In this document: positions 9,683-20,097 of the stretch, piece after piece | How positions within the stretch are numbered: position 1 is the stretch's first letter | Layout: each line of letters starts with the position of its first letter | Source of the DNA: an uncultured virus (IMG/VR IMGVR_UViG_3300031687_001114) | Taxonomy: Duplodnaviria; Heunggongvirae; Uroviricota; Caudoviricetes | Reading direction: 5' to 3' (one strand) | DNA: 64,000 nucleotides | IMG/VR virus record: IMGVR_UViG_3300031687_001114 | Coordinates: 1 to 64,000 of that record | Program-made: the position numbers and the translations under genes | Notes under the pieces: model-generated | The model's database searches: none | Seen by the model: only the letters and a program-made list of their open reading frames with translations | Told to the model about the DNA's origin: nothing

Positions 9683-10898
9683 GTTTATTGCCTGCTTTAA
9701 TTTGTTGCATGTCTGACATAAACTGCATTGTGTCACTCTGCTCAAAAAATGGTTTAAGGTGTTCCCATAACTCTGGGAATGTTTCTGCTATACTCTCATC
9801 TCTGTACTTGTCACTGAATGCTGTCTGTCTTACAAACTCGTCCATGTGTCCTAAGTAGTGCTCTTGGTTCATATACGATAACGTTGTTTGTATTCTAGGA
9901 TCATTATGTCCAGCAAACTTCTCTGTTATTGCTCTCTTAACAGACTTAGGTAATGCTTTAGGACTTACATGCTTAGGCTCGTATACCATATTAAAATGTA
10001 TGTTACAGTCTATGTCGTTCTCTAGTTGCCATGTGAGTATCTCATCCATGTACATAACATTAAACAACCCTACTGTATAAAAAATATTTAACTCTAAGAA
10101 GTCGTGTTGATTAAACTTGTGGAAGTTATCTACAACTTCATCAAACTGTTGTGGGTGACGTATGTATTCAAACTGTTTGCCTACACCATCAATACTAAAA
10201 AATATTTGTACTCGTTTAAACTCTTTCCAAAGTTCAATAGCATGTGCCGGATATATAGATCCGTTAGTGTTATAACTAATACTTATATCCTTAGCTCTGC
10301 CTTTATCAACTAACGATTGTAATATTTCAAAATGTCTTTTAATAAGGAAAGGTTCTCCACCAAAGAACTCCAAGCTCTCCACTTCCTCAATCTGAGATTC
10401 TAAGTCGTCCCAGAACGCTTCGTTCATCTCGGGCCACCGTCCTTGCTTCGCCATCATCTGTGCAAACAAGTTAGTCGAGTTGTCTCGTTCTATTTCTTCT
10501 GGTACCCATTGGCTACTTGCAAAACTTGTACATATTCTACACTTGGTGTTACATATATTGCCTAGTTTCAAATCCATGCTCTTTGGTTTTAGATGATCCA
10601 AGTCTTCTATGTGATGTGAAAACTTTATAAGTTCTCTTAAACGTTTACTTTCTATTCCAGCATCTTCTTCGTTCCAACAATTGAAACATGCTTTAGGTTT
10701 CTCTCCTGCTAGGAAGTCTGTCTTTAAGTCTGCTAGCCATTCGCTATCCCATGCTTGTTTTAATGTGCCACCGTCTGCTAAGTCGATACCAGGAACAGTT
10801 TCCTGCATAACACAACAAACAGCAACCGAGCCATCTGTTCGTGCTTCCTGATTAACCCATGGGAGTATACAAAAATGTTCTGGTGTAGCAGTTGACAT
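9669..10898 (-). CDS. Radical SAM protein with N-terminal SPASM/twitch-like domain (#2)
   Basis: CILPW...VCC...CFNC; CNTKCRIC; GGEPF; NTNG; SIDG. Confidence 0.92.
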   Translation of the reverse strand: MSTATPEHFCILPWVNQEARTDGSVAVCCVMQETVPGIDLADGGTLKQAWDSEWLADLKTDFLAGEKPKACFNCWNEEDAGIESKRLRELIKFSHHIEDLDHLKPKSMDLKLGNICNTKCRICTSFASSQWVPEEIERDNSTNLFAQMMAKQGRWPEMNEAFWDDLESQIEEVESLEFFGGEPFLIKRHFEILQSLVDKGRAKDISISYNTNGSIYPAHAIELWKEFKRVQIFFSIDGVGKQFEYIRHPQQFDEVVDNFHKFNQHDFLELNIFYTVGLFNVMYMDEILTWQLENDIDCNIHFNMVYEPKHVSPKALPKSVKRAITEKFAGHNDPRIQTTLSYMNQEHYLGHMDEFVRQTAFSDKYRDESIAETFPELWEHLKPFFEQSDTMQFMSDMQQIKAGNKHDGL

Positions 10899-10901
10899 TA
10901 C

Positions 10902-11063
10902 TTAATCCTTGTTCCCATAGATGATATCTACTAACGAGTCTTCGTCATTGTCATCCGGTGTAAAATTATCGTCGGGTGCAATCTCGGCATCAGCATTTGC
11001 AAATCGTCTGCGTTGTATGGCGTCCCAATTAATATCTAGCGCCTGTTTTTCTTTATCAGTCAT
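10902..11063 (-). CDS. Small acidic hypothetical peptide (~53 aa)
   Basis: ORF wedged between two radical SAM genes with overlapping start; Asp-rich with PDDN repeated twice. Confidence 0.5.
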   Translation of the reverse strand: MTDKEKQALDINWDAIQRRRFANADAEIAPDDNFTPDDNDEDSLVDIIYGNKD

Positions 11064-12414
11064 CTTCTCTCCATTGTGGATTTCTTTCAGCATCTCTTTC
11101 TACTCTACTCTTTGATAAGTCTACAGCATCATACTGTTCTCTATAAAGTTCAAACTCTGGATGCACATCAAAGAAATCTTCTTTTCTAAACCTGTCCATT
11201 TCTTTTACACTTTCTAAAAACTCTACAGTTAAGTGTGTATCGTCTCCATCTAGGAAACTTCTAAATGCTTTAAATGTATTTGTTGTTCTGCCTAACTTGT
11301 CCCAATCTTTTATTTCTTCTAGTAATACATCAATTTTGTGCTGTGCTTCTTCTCTTAAATGTTTAGGCATCACAGTTGCTCTTTGGAATGCTTGTCCTAG
11401 TAAAATGTTTACAGCGAAACCTTCTATAGTAATAAAGTTTGTGTCAACTAGTTCTCTAAAAAAGTCTGTAATGTTTAATGCATTAAAAATACTTACAGTA
11501 CAACTAACGTGGAAGTCTCGTATCTCAGGTGCTTCGTCATGTAGTCGCTGTCTGTTTGCAACTAAGTCTTTCCATATAGTTCCTTTACGCAGATACTCTC
11601 CACGTTTACCACTAGCATCTATACTAGCACCGATGCCAACAGACTCAAACTTCTTCCAAAGCTCAATAACATCTTGTCCCTTGTATGTGAGCTTACTAAA
11701 GTTTGTGTTATAGTAAATTCTCATAGGGGTATTTTCTTTTGTTCTTCCCATGTCAACTAACTTATTCATTATGTACCAATGCTCATCCATTATCAACGGC
11801 TCGCCACCTGCCCAGTATATTTTCTCTACTGTGTCTAGGTACGGATCGAATGTTTCTAGGAAGTCTGTTGATCCTTTTTTGATTTGGTGTATAGCCTGCG
11901 TTGGCGTTTTATTAAACTGACTGTCCGTTGCATCGTTAAACCATAAGCTACTTAAATCAGGCCCACATGATCTACATCTCATGTTGCAGATATTACTAAA
12001 GCGAATATCCATGTACGTCATGTTTACACCGTCAACACTACCATCTTCATGTGTGTTAAGTACTTCTTGGAACTGGTCCTTACCGTACGGGTTATGCTTT
12101 CCTTCAATAAACTCTTCGTTACTTCTTATTCTTAATGTCTGATGTCCATGTGACTCTTGCTCGTAACATCTATTACAGTTAGAAAGTTTTTTGTGGTTAA
12201 GCATATCCAGTCTAAACTTTTTCAATCCAGGACCATTCCATACGCTTTCTAATGTTGAGCCTTCTTCGTTTAGATCGCCTACCGGAGAATGCAGTTCACT
12301 TAAACAACAAGTAAACACTCTGCCATCGGGCCACGGGTGCATGTGTATCCACGGTATCACACAGAACGCTTCGCTTTCCATTAGTTCTTTTTTTGATAGA
12401 TCTTTAAAACTCAT
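11056..12414 (-). CDS. Radical SAM protein with N-terminal SPASM/twitch-like domain (#3)
   Basis: CVIPW...TCC...CNRC; CNMRCRSC; AGGEPL; NTN; start MSFKDL overlaps desaturase stop. Confidence 0.92.
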   Translation of the reverse strand: MSFKDLSKKELMESEAFCVIPWIHMHPWPDGRVFTCCLSELHSPVGDLNEEGSTLESVWNGPGLKKFRLDMLNHKKLSNCNRCYEQESHGHQTLRIRSNEEFIEGKHNPYGKDQFQEVLNTHEDGSVDGVNMTYMDIRFSNICNMRCRSCGPDLSSLWFNDATDSQFNKTPTQAIHQIKKGSTDFLETFDPYLDTVEKIYWAGGEPLIMDEHWYIMNKLVDMGRTKENTPMRIYYNTNFSKLTYKGQDVIELWKKFESVGIGASIDASGKRGEYLRKGTIWKDLVANRQRLHDEAPEIRDFHVSCTVSIFNALNITDFFRELVDTNFITIEGFAVNILLGQAFQRATVMPKHLREEAQHKIDVLLEEIKDWDKLGRTTNTFKAFRSFLDGDDTHLTVEFLESVKEMDRFRKEDFFDVHPEFELYREQYDAVDLSKSRVERDAERNPQWREDD

Positions 12415-13187
12415 TTGCTTATTACCTTTATTATCAATCCGTTTAAATCCCACTCCCACCATTTGTTTCCTTGGTATGCTAGACTAGGATCATTGTGATG
12501 ATTATTATGCCAACCCTCACCGAACGTTATTATATTTACCAGCCAATGGTTAGTACTCTTGTCGTTAGTGTCATACGTTCTGTAACCCATCCATGTAAGC
12601 CCTTTACCATGACCCCATGTATTAAACGCACCGGTGGCCCAAACACATAAACTTACAGGAGCCAAGTACGCATACAGCACTAGCAATGGATCTATTAATG
12701 CTAAAACTACAATGTATACTAGTATGTATCCAAAAAAGTAGTTATGCGAGTGTAATACTGCGTTGTTCTTTAGCCAATCTTTAGCAAGTCGTATGTTATA
12801 TTTTTCATCCTTTAACCCTAATGTCCAGCTCTTCCACAAGCTCATGTGGTGCGGACTATGAGGATCACTGTCGCTATCAGATGCTTTGTGGTGTTCTCTA
12901 TGCTTAACTATGTAACCAAACACACTACTTAAACTTGCTAAGGTGCCTGTTACGTTAAGTACATTTTCCCAAAACTTGTTAGTCTTGAAACTCCTATGTG
13001 CAAAGTATCTGTGTTGCCCAACGAATATTCCTATGCTACTAAACCAAAAGTAAACAATAGCAGTTACCCACAACAGTTCACTAGGACCTATAAGCAGTAC
13101 TGCTAGTAGTCCGGCATGAGCCAGCCATCTAAGACTGTCTCCTTTAGTTTTAGTATACGCTAGTATGTTCACTTTGCTCCACTGCAT
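12411..13187 (-). CDS. Membrane fatty-acid (delta-9 acyl-CoA/acyl-lipid type) desaturase
   Basis: Three His boxes HRYFAH, HREHH, GEGWHNNHH; DPHSP; hydrophobic segments; WWEWD tail. Confidence 0.93.
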   Translation of the reverse strand: MQWSKVNILAYTKTKGDSLRWLAHAGLLAVLLIGPSELLWVTAIVYFWFSSIGIFVGQHRYFAHRSFKTNKFWENVLNVTGTLASLSSVFGYIVKHREHHKASDSDSDPHSPHHMSLWKSWTLGLKDEKYNIRLAKDWLKNNAVLHSHNYFFGYILVYIVVLALIDPLLVLYAYLAPVSLCVWATGAFNTWGHGKGLTWMGYRTYDTNDKSTNHWLVNIITFGEGWHNNHHNDPSLAYQGNKWWEWDLNGLIIKVISK

Positions 13188-14394
13188 CTACTAACTTAGT
13201 AAATGTATTTCTCCATTCGCTGTTATCGTTGTTGTCTAGTAAATCGTTAAAGCGACAAAACTGTTCCCACTTTAATTCATTCCACTCATCGTTATTAAAC
13301 ATGCTAAGTAAAGTGCCTAATTTATGATCATTGCCCAACGCTTGTCTAAATTCTGTATGTATCAACTCTCTTGCCTTAACAGGTATAACTGCAGGACTTA
13401 GGTAATCAGGATCATACACGAAGTTCATATCAACTTCTATCCCAATGCTATCGGCCCATTTAAAAAATTCAGGCAATGTAGCATAATTGTAAGCACTCAC
13501 TGTTTGTGTAATTCTTAATGTTAATGTATCTTGTAATGGTAATAATGTATTAATAGTTTTTAATACGGCTTCCCATTTTGTATTAGTTCTTATAAAAGCA
13601 TTCCTATCTTCTAAGTCATCAATACTTAAACATATTCTTGCTTCTTTAAAGTGGGGCCATAGTTCTAATGCAATTGGAGGTAGCATAGTACAGTTAATGT
13701 TATACCACAGTATAATATCTTTTGCTCTGCCACTAGCTACTAATTTCTTTAAGTAAGTCCAATGCTGTTTAATCAATGTAGGCTCTCCACCATTGATATA
13801 AATTACTTCTAAGTTTGGAGCGGAGTTATATAGGTCGTCATAAAAATTATCATCCTCTGCCCATTTAAAATCTTCAGGAAAGTTAAGTCCTAAGTAACCT
13901 TTATTTACGAAGTCAGCTTTCTCCACAATGTCTTTATAGTCTTCAAGCCACTTTGAACTACTTGCCGGATTACATGTACGGCACCGAACGTTACATACAT
14001 TGCCAAGACGAAGCTCGACAAAGCGGAGATCCATATCAATATCGCCACCTTCCCTAGTAACCCCACTCGCCCAATCAAGGGTGTTCTGTGGAAAAACAGA
14101 TTGTTCATGTATTCGTTTGGACTTGATTCCGTTATCTTCTTCATTGTAACACCTCATGCAAGCCTTTGGCTTTTCATCGTTGAGCATCTGTAGGCGAACT
14201 TCTTTATAGTAGTCGCTGTTCATCTGCTCTTCGATATTGTTTTTGTTTAAGTCTAGGAACTCATCGTAATCATCCTTATAATTTCTAGCTCTGTTTTTGC
14301 CATCAGTGTGGTCACTGATGCAACACAATGTGATACCACCGTGAGGATGGGTGGCTAAGTGTTGCCAAGGTAGAGGACAATATGTAGAACTCAA
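13150..14394 (-). CDS. Radical SAM protein with N-terminal SPASM/twitch-like domain (#4)
   Basis: CPLPW...LCC...CMRC; CNVRCRTC; NGGEPT; TTG start overlapping upstream stop. Confidence 0.92.
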   Translation of the reverse strand: MSSTYCPLPWQHLATHPHGGITLCCISDHTDGKNRARNYKDDYDEFLDLNKNNIEEQMNSDYYKEVRLQMLNDEKPKACMRCYNEEDNGIKSKRIHEQSVFPQNTLDWASGVTREGGDIDMDLRFVELRLGNVCNVRCRTCNPASSSKWLEDYKDIVEKADFVNKGYLGLNFPEDFKWAEDDNFYDDLYNSAPNLEVIYINGGEPTLIKQHWTYLKKLVASGRAKDIILWYNINCTMLPPIALELWPHFKEARICLSIDDLEDRNAFIRTNTKWEAVLKTINTLLPLQDTLTLRITQTVSAYNYATLPEFFKWADSIGIEVDMNFVYDPDYLSPAVIPVKARELIHTEFRQALGNDHKLGTLLSMFNNDEWNELKWEQFCRFNDLLDNNDNSEWRNTFTKLVDAVEQSEHTSVY

Positions 14395-15755
14395 TTTATC
14401 AACTCCCTGGTGCTATGCTGTTTGTAACCATTTGTCAACACTTCCTCATATTCTTTCGTGTAATCGAAGTCTTGTTTTATCAACTCGTGTAACTCGGGAA
14501 AGACTTCTGTAAAGTTCTCTTCTCGATAATGGTCTCCTCCTGCTATTTGTGATTTAAATATTTTCCATTTGTTTTCTATACTTCGTTGGTCAAACATTAA
14601 TAGTTTATCCTCGGAAACTTTTGCTCGTAGTTTTTCATCTACGCTGGCACCATTCTCATATAACGGTGAGTTAAAGTATTTTAGTAATGCTACTACTTCA
14701 CTCTCATAGTCACCTGACCATGTGTGCTCTTGTAATTGTTGTGTGATTATTTTCTTAGCAAACGCTGGTAGTACATTACATGTAAGCCACTTAGGATAAT
14801 GTGCAATGTTATTCCATATTTTAAATGTAGGATAGTGTTTGTGGAAGTAATCGTGGAACTCAGGCAAGTACATTATATTTAATGCTGTAACAGTATGTGT
14901 TATTTGCATGTGTACTGGATAGTCGCCTGTGTGTAGTTCGTAAAAATAATCTAAGTTCTGTTTGACCTCGTCCCACTTACCAGGGTGCCTTAAGAATTCA
15001 AATCTGTCTCCGATGCCGTCTATACTAATACTAAACGATAACTCTTTAAAGTTACTTGCCATACGTTGCAAGAACACAGGGTCTGCTATTGTGCCGTTAG
15101 TACTTAACGTCATGCTAATGTTTTGTGAATAGTTCTCATTAATAAGTTTGTCAACAAACTTCTTGAACTCTTTCATATAGAAAGGTTCGCCACCCATAAT
15201 CTCTAATCGTCTTATGCCAGGTAGCCACTCATCCATTGTAGTCCAAAACTTACTGTTCTCCATATCGTTCATGGGAACCTTCGCACTAGTTTCCCAATAC
15301 GGTATGTGTCTCTCTTTAGCTTCTGCTAACCACTTACTACTGTAGTTTGCATTACAACTTCTACATGCTAAGTTACAAGTGTTATCAAATATTAATTGCA
15401 TGTCCATTACTGCTGTAGGTTTAGCAGTCCATTCGAATGTTTCCATCCAGTTAGGGCCATACCAGTTATCGTAGTAGTCATTGTATTGTTGGCGTTTACT
15501 GTATTTGCCATTGTCTTCATCGATCCAGCATGTTTCACAGTTAGCTGGCTTACCGCCATCGAGGATCTCATTTCTTATACGTTGATGGTTATGACTAGTA
15601 AATATATCTTGTACAGCATCATCGCCTAAGGTGTAGCTTGTACCATGGTGGTCCTGTAGTCTATCTTTTGCGATACAACATGTGCGGATACTTCCACCTG
15701 GCTCGTTGCTCAAGTGTGTCCATAGTAATGCACAATATTTTTTATCTTCGCTCAT
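14391..15755 (-). CDS. Radical SAM protein with N-terminal SPASM/twitch-like domain (#5)
   Basis: CALLW...TCC...CETC; CNLACRSC; MGGEPF; STNG; SIDG. Confidence 0.92.
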   Translation of the reverse strand: MSEDKKYCALLWTHLSNEPGGSIRTCCIAKDRLQDHHGTSYTLGDDAVQDIFTSHNHQRIRNEILDGGKPANCETCWIDEDNGKYSKRQQYNDYYDNWYGPNWMETFEWTAKPTAVMDMQLIFDNTCNLACRSCNANYSSKWLAEAKERHIPYWETSAKVPMNDMENSKFWTTMDEWLPGIRRLEIMGGEPFYMKEFKKFVDKLINENYSQNISMTLSTNGTIADPVFLQRMASNFKELSFSISIDGIGDRFEFLRHPGKWDEVKQNLDYFYELHTGDYPVHMQITHTVTALNIMYLPEFHDYFHKHYPTFKIWNNIAHYPKWLTCNVLPAFAKKIITQQLQEHTWSGDYESEVVALLKYFNSPLYENGASVDEKLRAKVSEDKLLMFDQRSIENKWKIFKSQIAGGDHYREENFTEVFPELHELIKQDFDYTKEYEEVLTNGYKQHSTRELIN

Positions 15756-16629
15756 ACTGGTCCTGTATTAATTTGCTGATACATAGTCTAGTAGTATCAT
15801 TGCCTCTGTTGTAGTCACTATACTTATCGTCATTGCTCGTAGCAAACAATATGCAGTTAGTGGCATCAACACCAAGGTCCTTGCACACTTGTTGCTGTAC
15901 GGCCCTGTACTTTGTTACTATGAAGTCTGCAGAGTATTGCTCTATGCAATGCAGTCCTACTAATGCTCCAAAGTTATTTACAATGCCATGCTGGTTAGCA
16001 AATGTTACAGCATCGTCTACTTCTGTTCTTTGGTATCTTACTCCGCACCTACTACCTATAATAGGAAACGTTTTCCCTAAACTGAATGTTACTTCTTCTA
16101 TACACTTATAATTTAAATCAATTTCCATACCGTAGCACATACCAAAGTATGCACAATCAATTAGTACTGGAACATTTAATGCTGAACATTTCTCTAGTAA
16201 CTTAATGTGCTGTGGGTGTGCTGTACCAAAGTCACTAAACGGTATGCTTATAATAACAGCATCGCCTACAGTAATTTCATTTGCATCATATATCCACTTC
16301 CAATTGTTACCCATAACATTGCTGGCAACCTTATGCATCATGAAGTCACCTTTTAAGAATCTAAAGTTCTTATCATGGTGTCTCATCATAAACATTTGGA
16401 ATGCTTCACTAGTACCATGTGTCATAGTACCATGCTGAAAGTTTTCTAAACCAGTGAGTGTATTTTCTGTACTGGACCAAATCCAGTTTCGCATTTTATC
16501 TACGAACTGTTTCTCTAATCCAGTTACACCGTCAGCAACAAAAAAGTTATTCCATACTTCTGGTTGAGTAACATACTGTTGTAAACTAGCAGTTATCTCT
16601 ATGTCTTGTATAGCGTAAGCACCCTTCAT
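15742..16629 (-). CDS. PLP-dependent fold-type I enzyme (aminotransferase/decarboxylase-like)
   Basis: GTSEAF phosphate-binding segment, LIDCAY (conserved Asp), FSLGK (Schiff-base Lys), RCG. Confidence 0.7.
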   Translation of the reverse strand: MKGAYAIQDIEITASLQQYVTQPEVWNNFFVADGVTGLEKQFVDKMRNWIWSSTENTLTGLENFQHGTMTHGTSEAFQMFMMRHHDKNFRFLKGDFMMHKVASNVMGNNWKWIYDANEITVGDAVIISIPFSDFGTAHPQHIKLLEKCSALNVPVLIDCAYFGMCYGMEIDLNYKCIEEVTFSLGKTFPIIGSRCGVRYQRTEVDDAVTFANQHGIVNNFGALVGLHCIEQYSADFIVTKYRAVQQQVCKDLGVDATNCILFATSNDDKYSDYNRGNDTTRLCISKLIQDQYERR

Positions 16630-17414
16630 TCGTCACCGTCCAATTTGCCATGCCCGTATTCATTTTCTAAATGGTATGGCTGATCAGCATCTTTATCATA
16701 CCAGTATAAACTTTTGTGTGGAGGATCTCTCCAATCATGTTTACTATCTGCTATGTAGTAAAATAATCTAAAGCCTACTCTAAACTTGTCATCGGGACAA
16801 GCAATTGGATTAGGATGTCCATGGAAGCCACGTTTGTGATATTTCCAAATGACAACGTTACCCATCTCTGGTAGATAACTTACTACCTTGCCTTGCTTAT
16901 CGAAATCCCAAAACTGTAAGTCGCCGTTCCATTCTTCTTCCCACTCAGGAGTAAAATATAATATTAAACTTAATGCTCTGTGTGTTTGACATTCTTCATT
17001 CCAGTTAAAGTCGGAATGTATTTTAAGACTATCTCCCTTATAACTTTTCATATACCCTGCACCAACTAAATACGGATCGGGTAGTAGGTGAGGAACGTCA
17101 CATACTTTTCGTAGCCATTCTAAAAACTCTGGACTATGTAAAGCACTAACAAGTTGTCTAGCCACCGGTGCATGTTTTAAATTCTTACACTCTTCCATAT
17201 AGCTATCGGCTCGGGTAAACGTAGTCCAATACTTTTCAGGTATCGTAATACTCTCTTCATACAATGCGTTTGGGAGACCGTCAGGAATAAAATCTTTTAA
17301 ATGCAAAGTAGGATAAGGAGGCGTATAACGATATTGTTCGTTAAGATTACGCATTTCCTTTTCGCTACCCCACTTGTCGTGTATGTAGTTTATTATCTTC
17401 TGGTCCCAGTTCAT
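16626..17414 (-). CDS. 2OG-Fe(II) oxygenase (prolyl-hydroxylase-like)
   Basis: PYP.L.L.DF, LKIHSD (HxD), LILY, WNGDL, FHGH, downstream Arg. Confidence 0.85.
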   Translation of the reverse strand: MNWDQKIINYIHDKWGSEKEMRNLNEQYRYTPPYPTLHLKDFIPDGLPNALYEESITIPEKYWTTFTRADSYMEECKNLKHAPVARQLVSALHSPEFLEWLRKVCDVPHLLPDPYLVGAGYMKSYKGDSLKIHSDFNWNEECQTHRALSLILYFTPEWEEEWNGDLQFWDFDKQGKVVSYLPEMGNVVIWKYHKRGFHGHPNPIACPDDKFRVGFRLFYYIADSKHDWRDPPHKSLYWYDKDADQPYHLENEYGHGKLDGDE

Positions 17415-18706
17415 TATTTCTTTACCCTAGTGTTACCATAGTGAACAACTTCAACGCCCTCTATGTCTGGAGTTTTTCTCCACGGATCAACAACTATACT
17501 ACCTAGTGCAAAACTAAGTTCAGTGCCATTACCCGTTCTAACACTTAATGCTTCATCGCATGATGAAGGAGAGTGCTGTTCGTACCACCCTGGTACTGTA
17601 TCTAATTGTTCGCCGTATGTAACTTGTGGATTATGTGCTAGTAAATATACTGCTGGATTGTTTAATACATACTCCGGTGGCATGTCACCAGTTTGTTCGT
17701 CATAGTAATACAATGGATGCCCTTGGGCAAGAACATAGTGACCTACCAGCATACTACTAGAACCACTTTCATATGGCACTAATGGTTTGTATGCTTTACC
17801 TACAATAACTATAGGTATGTCATTTGCTAAGTCTAGCAATCTCTTTGCCATGTTCTCTGCCTGCTTTTCTCTCGAAAGCATTACAGCATCAAACAAGTCG
17901 TAGCCTAAGTCTAGTTCTTCTGCCATCCAACGTAGTGCGATATTATCTCTTGGGTGACAAGCACCACCATCGCCCATGCCTGGCTTCATGTACCCAGGTC
18001 CCATAATACGCCTTCCAGAATTTGCCAAAGCATCACACACAACTTCTGCGTTAATGTTGCCTGACGCTTCTGCTACGTCTTGTATCATGTTAACTAAACT
18101 AACTTTTGCTGATATAAATGTATTGTAAAATACTTTAATGCATTCACATTCATCCCATGTACCTATAACATACTTGGGATCGTTCTGCATTATTGTTTTA
18201 TAAAAGTCTACAAGTTCCTTTGCGTCACCTGTTTCATTTCCATCTTCTGTTCCAATCATTACCATTTCTGGATTAACCATATCCCACTTCACAGTACCCA
18301 TAGCAATTAAGTATGGGTTGTATATAAAGCGAGTGTTGGGTAATAGTGGTACAAGTTCTTTTCGAACTGTGCCGGGTAAGACTGTGCTTATAAGAACAAC
18401 CAGTTGTTCCTTTGTTGCGACAGCATTTACTTGAGAAAGAACTTTCTTTACTATTGTGTAATCAAAGTCTTTGTTTGGTAAATGGCTGGTAGGTGCTTTG
18501 CCGTCATACTGTGGATCATGCGGAGTAGGTGCGGCTACAAAGATAATATCTTTGCCAACTACAGCTTCTTCCATCGTGTTAACCATTGCAAAGTTTTCAG
18601 GCTTTACATCGTTAATATCGTATCCAACAGTATAATGAACTTCAGCGACCATTTCGGCGCAGGCTTGCCCTAGCTTGCCTACCCCAATAAATCCGATTGA
18701 GGCCAT
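17414..18706 (-). CDS. UDP-glucose/GDP-mannose dehydrogenase family protein
   Basis: GFIGVGKLG Rossmann, PTP, STVLPGT, YNPY, IKVFYN, GDGGACHPRD (catalytic Cys), GKAYK; AGGAG RBS. Confidence 0.9.
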   Translation of the reverse strand: MASIGFIGVGKLGQACAEMVAEVHYTVGYDINDVKPENFAMVNTMEEAVVGKDIIFVAAPTPHDPQYDGKAPTSHLPNKDFDYTIVKKVLSQVNAVATKEQLVVLISTVLPGTVRKELVPLLPNTRFIYNPYLIAMGTVKWDMVNPEMVMIGTEDGNETGDAKELVDFYKTIMQNDPKYVIGTWDECECIKVFYNTFISAKVSLVNMIQDVAEASGNINAEVVCDALANSGRRIMGPGYMKPGMGDGGACHPRDNIALRWMAEELDLGYDLFDAVMLSREKQAENMAKRLLDLANDIPIVIVGKAYKPLVPYESGSSSMLVGHYVLAQGHPLYYYDEQTGDMPPEYVLNNPAVYLLAHNPQVTYGEQLDTVPGWYEQHSPSSCDEALSVRTGNGTELSFALGSIVVDPWRKTPDIEGVEVVHYGNTRVKK

Positions 18707-18747
18707 TATCTATCTCCTAATTTTATTGTGTGTATCGTATACTGTAC

Positions 18748-18754
18748 TATTTAT
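18748..18754 (-). promoter_or_regulatory. T4-late-like promoter element ATAAATA
   Basis: In the short intergenic gap upstream of the UDP-sugar dehydrogenase gene, ahead of an AGGAG RBS. Confidence 0.6.
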
Positions 18755-18765
18755 GCAAATTTCTA

Positions 18766-20097
18766 TCAGCTATTATAGAATTCTTGCATTTGTTTATACC
18801 GGTCAGTATCTTCGACTACCCATAAATAAGGATCTGTGTTAACTAATTCAAGGAATCGTGCCTTGTTACGTTTTAATTTTGCTTGTACATCTACACTATG
18901 ATATAGCTGATGTGTTTGTTCTATTGGTATTTGGGCTAATGCAGTAATGTTTTCTTTTACCATTCTCATGCGTTCGCCTGGGTGAGCTGTACTATCATAT
19001 GTTTCATCAAAGAACTCAGGGAATGTTTCAAAGCCTAAATCTTTAAATGCTTGGAGACACCCTGCATACCCAACAGATAATAACGGTAACTCGTAGTAAG
19101 CACTTTTTAAACTCTTCTCAGATACCCAGCCTGATAATGGCATAGTCATTGCCTCGAGTTCCCATTGGTCTATTGAAGTTTCAAATATAGTTGTGTTATT
19201 GTTTGGAGGGAATATTGAAAACCCAAACCTGAACTCTTGTGCCCAGTGTGTTTCTGTTGCTATGTAAGTATAGCAATTGTCTACTACATCAGTGTGTATA
19301 ATATCTTGCCACTCACCAATAGTAGTCATATGATGGTCACCGTCTGCTAGAATACATAAGTCTAAATCATTTGGTCTAAGATAACTTAGATGTGTATGTG
19401 GCAGAAGTTCTTTGCGATATTTTATAAATTTTACTATCTCAGTCCTATGTTCTTTCTCATAGTTATTTAAACATACGAATATTTTTTCTCTTCTAACTTC
19501 ACCGCCAGGACTAACATACAGTTTTAGTTTTGCTTCAATGTGCCTGCCTACAATTCTATTAGGATACACAGAGTAGTATTGGACATCTGCCGCCGGGAAT
19601 AGTTTCTTATGTATTTTTACTTCAGTAGTATTACCTAACCAGAAGTGCAATCGGTCACCGTAAATTTTCTTTAATTGTCGCTTGATTACTTTAGTTCGGT
19701 CATGAAGTAATTCCGGCATATCTGCAGAACCCTGGGTTTCGAATACTCTGCTACTATACATATCCCAACCACTTGAAAACAATAAATGTATATTTTTATA
19801 TTCCTCTATTGTTTCAACAACTTTCATTAACAGCGGACCGTCGTCTAAGTACGAGTTTACACTTAATCCTAATTCTAGTATGTGTGTTATACCACCGTCA
19901 CGTTTAGCACTAGCTATAACATCGTAAATATTATCGTAATGCACTACCAAAGGAGCTTGTCCAGGCTGTGTGCTTATAAGGTCAGGCATGCTATTAGACC
20001 TGCATGGTATGCCGAGTGGTCTGTCATTAGCAAACGTATCGAATGCATCTTCAGGAGAGAAGAGACATCGTACTATGCATAGCAATTTATTACTCAT
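18766..20097 (-). CDS. Putative glycosyltransferase-like protein (EK-motif family, paralog A)
   Basis: FVCLNN..KEHR, ATET, VSEKSLK, LGFETF..FFDETYD; resembles the C-terminal half of GT10-like GT-B enzymes; paralog of 20872-22113. Confidence 0.45.
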   Translation of the reverse strand: MSNKLLCIVRCLFSPEDAFDTFANDRPLGIPCRSNSMPDLISTQPGQAPLVVHYDNIYDVIASAKRDGGITHILELGLSVNSYLDDGPLLMKVVETIEEYKNIHLLFSSGWDMYSSRVFETQGSADMPELLHDRTKVIKRQLKKIYGDRLHFWLGNTTEVKIHKKLFPAADVQYYSVYPNRIVGRHIEAKLKLYVSPGGEVRREKIFVCLNNYEKEHRTEIVKFIKYRKELLPHTHLSYLRPNDLDLCILADGDHHMTTIGEWQDIIHTDVVDNCYTYIATETHWAQEFRFGFSIFPPNNNTTIFETSIDQWELEAMTMPLSGWVSEKSLKSAYYELPLLSVGYAGCLQAFKDLGFETFPEFFDETYDSTAHPGERMRMVKENITALAQIPIEQTHQLYHSVDVQAKLKRNKARFLELVNTDPYLWVVEDTDRYKQMQEFYNS

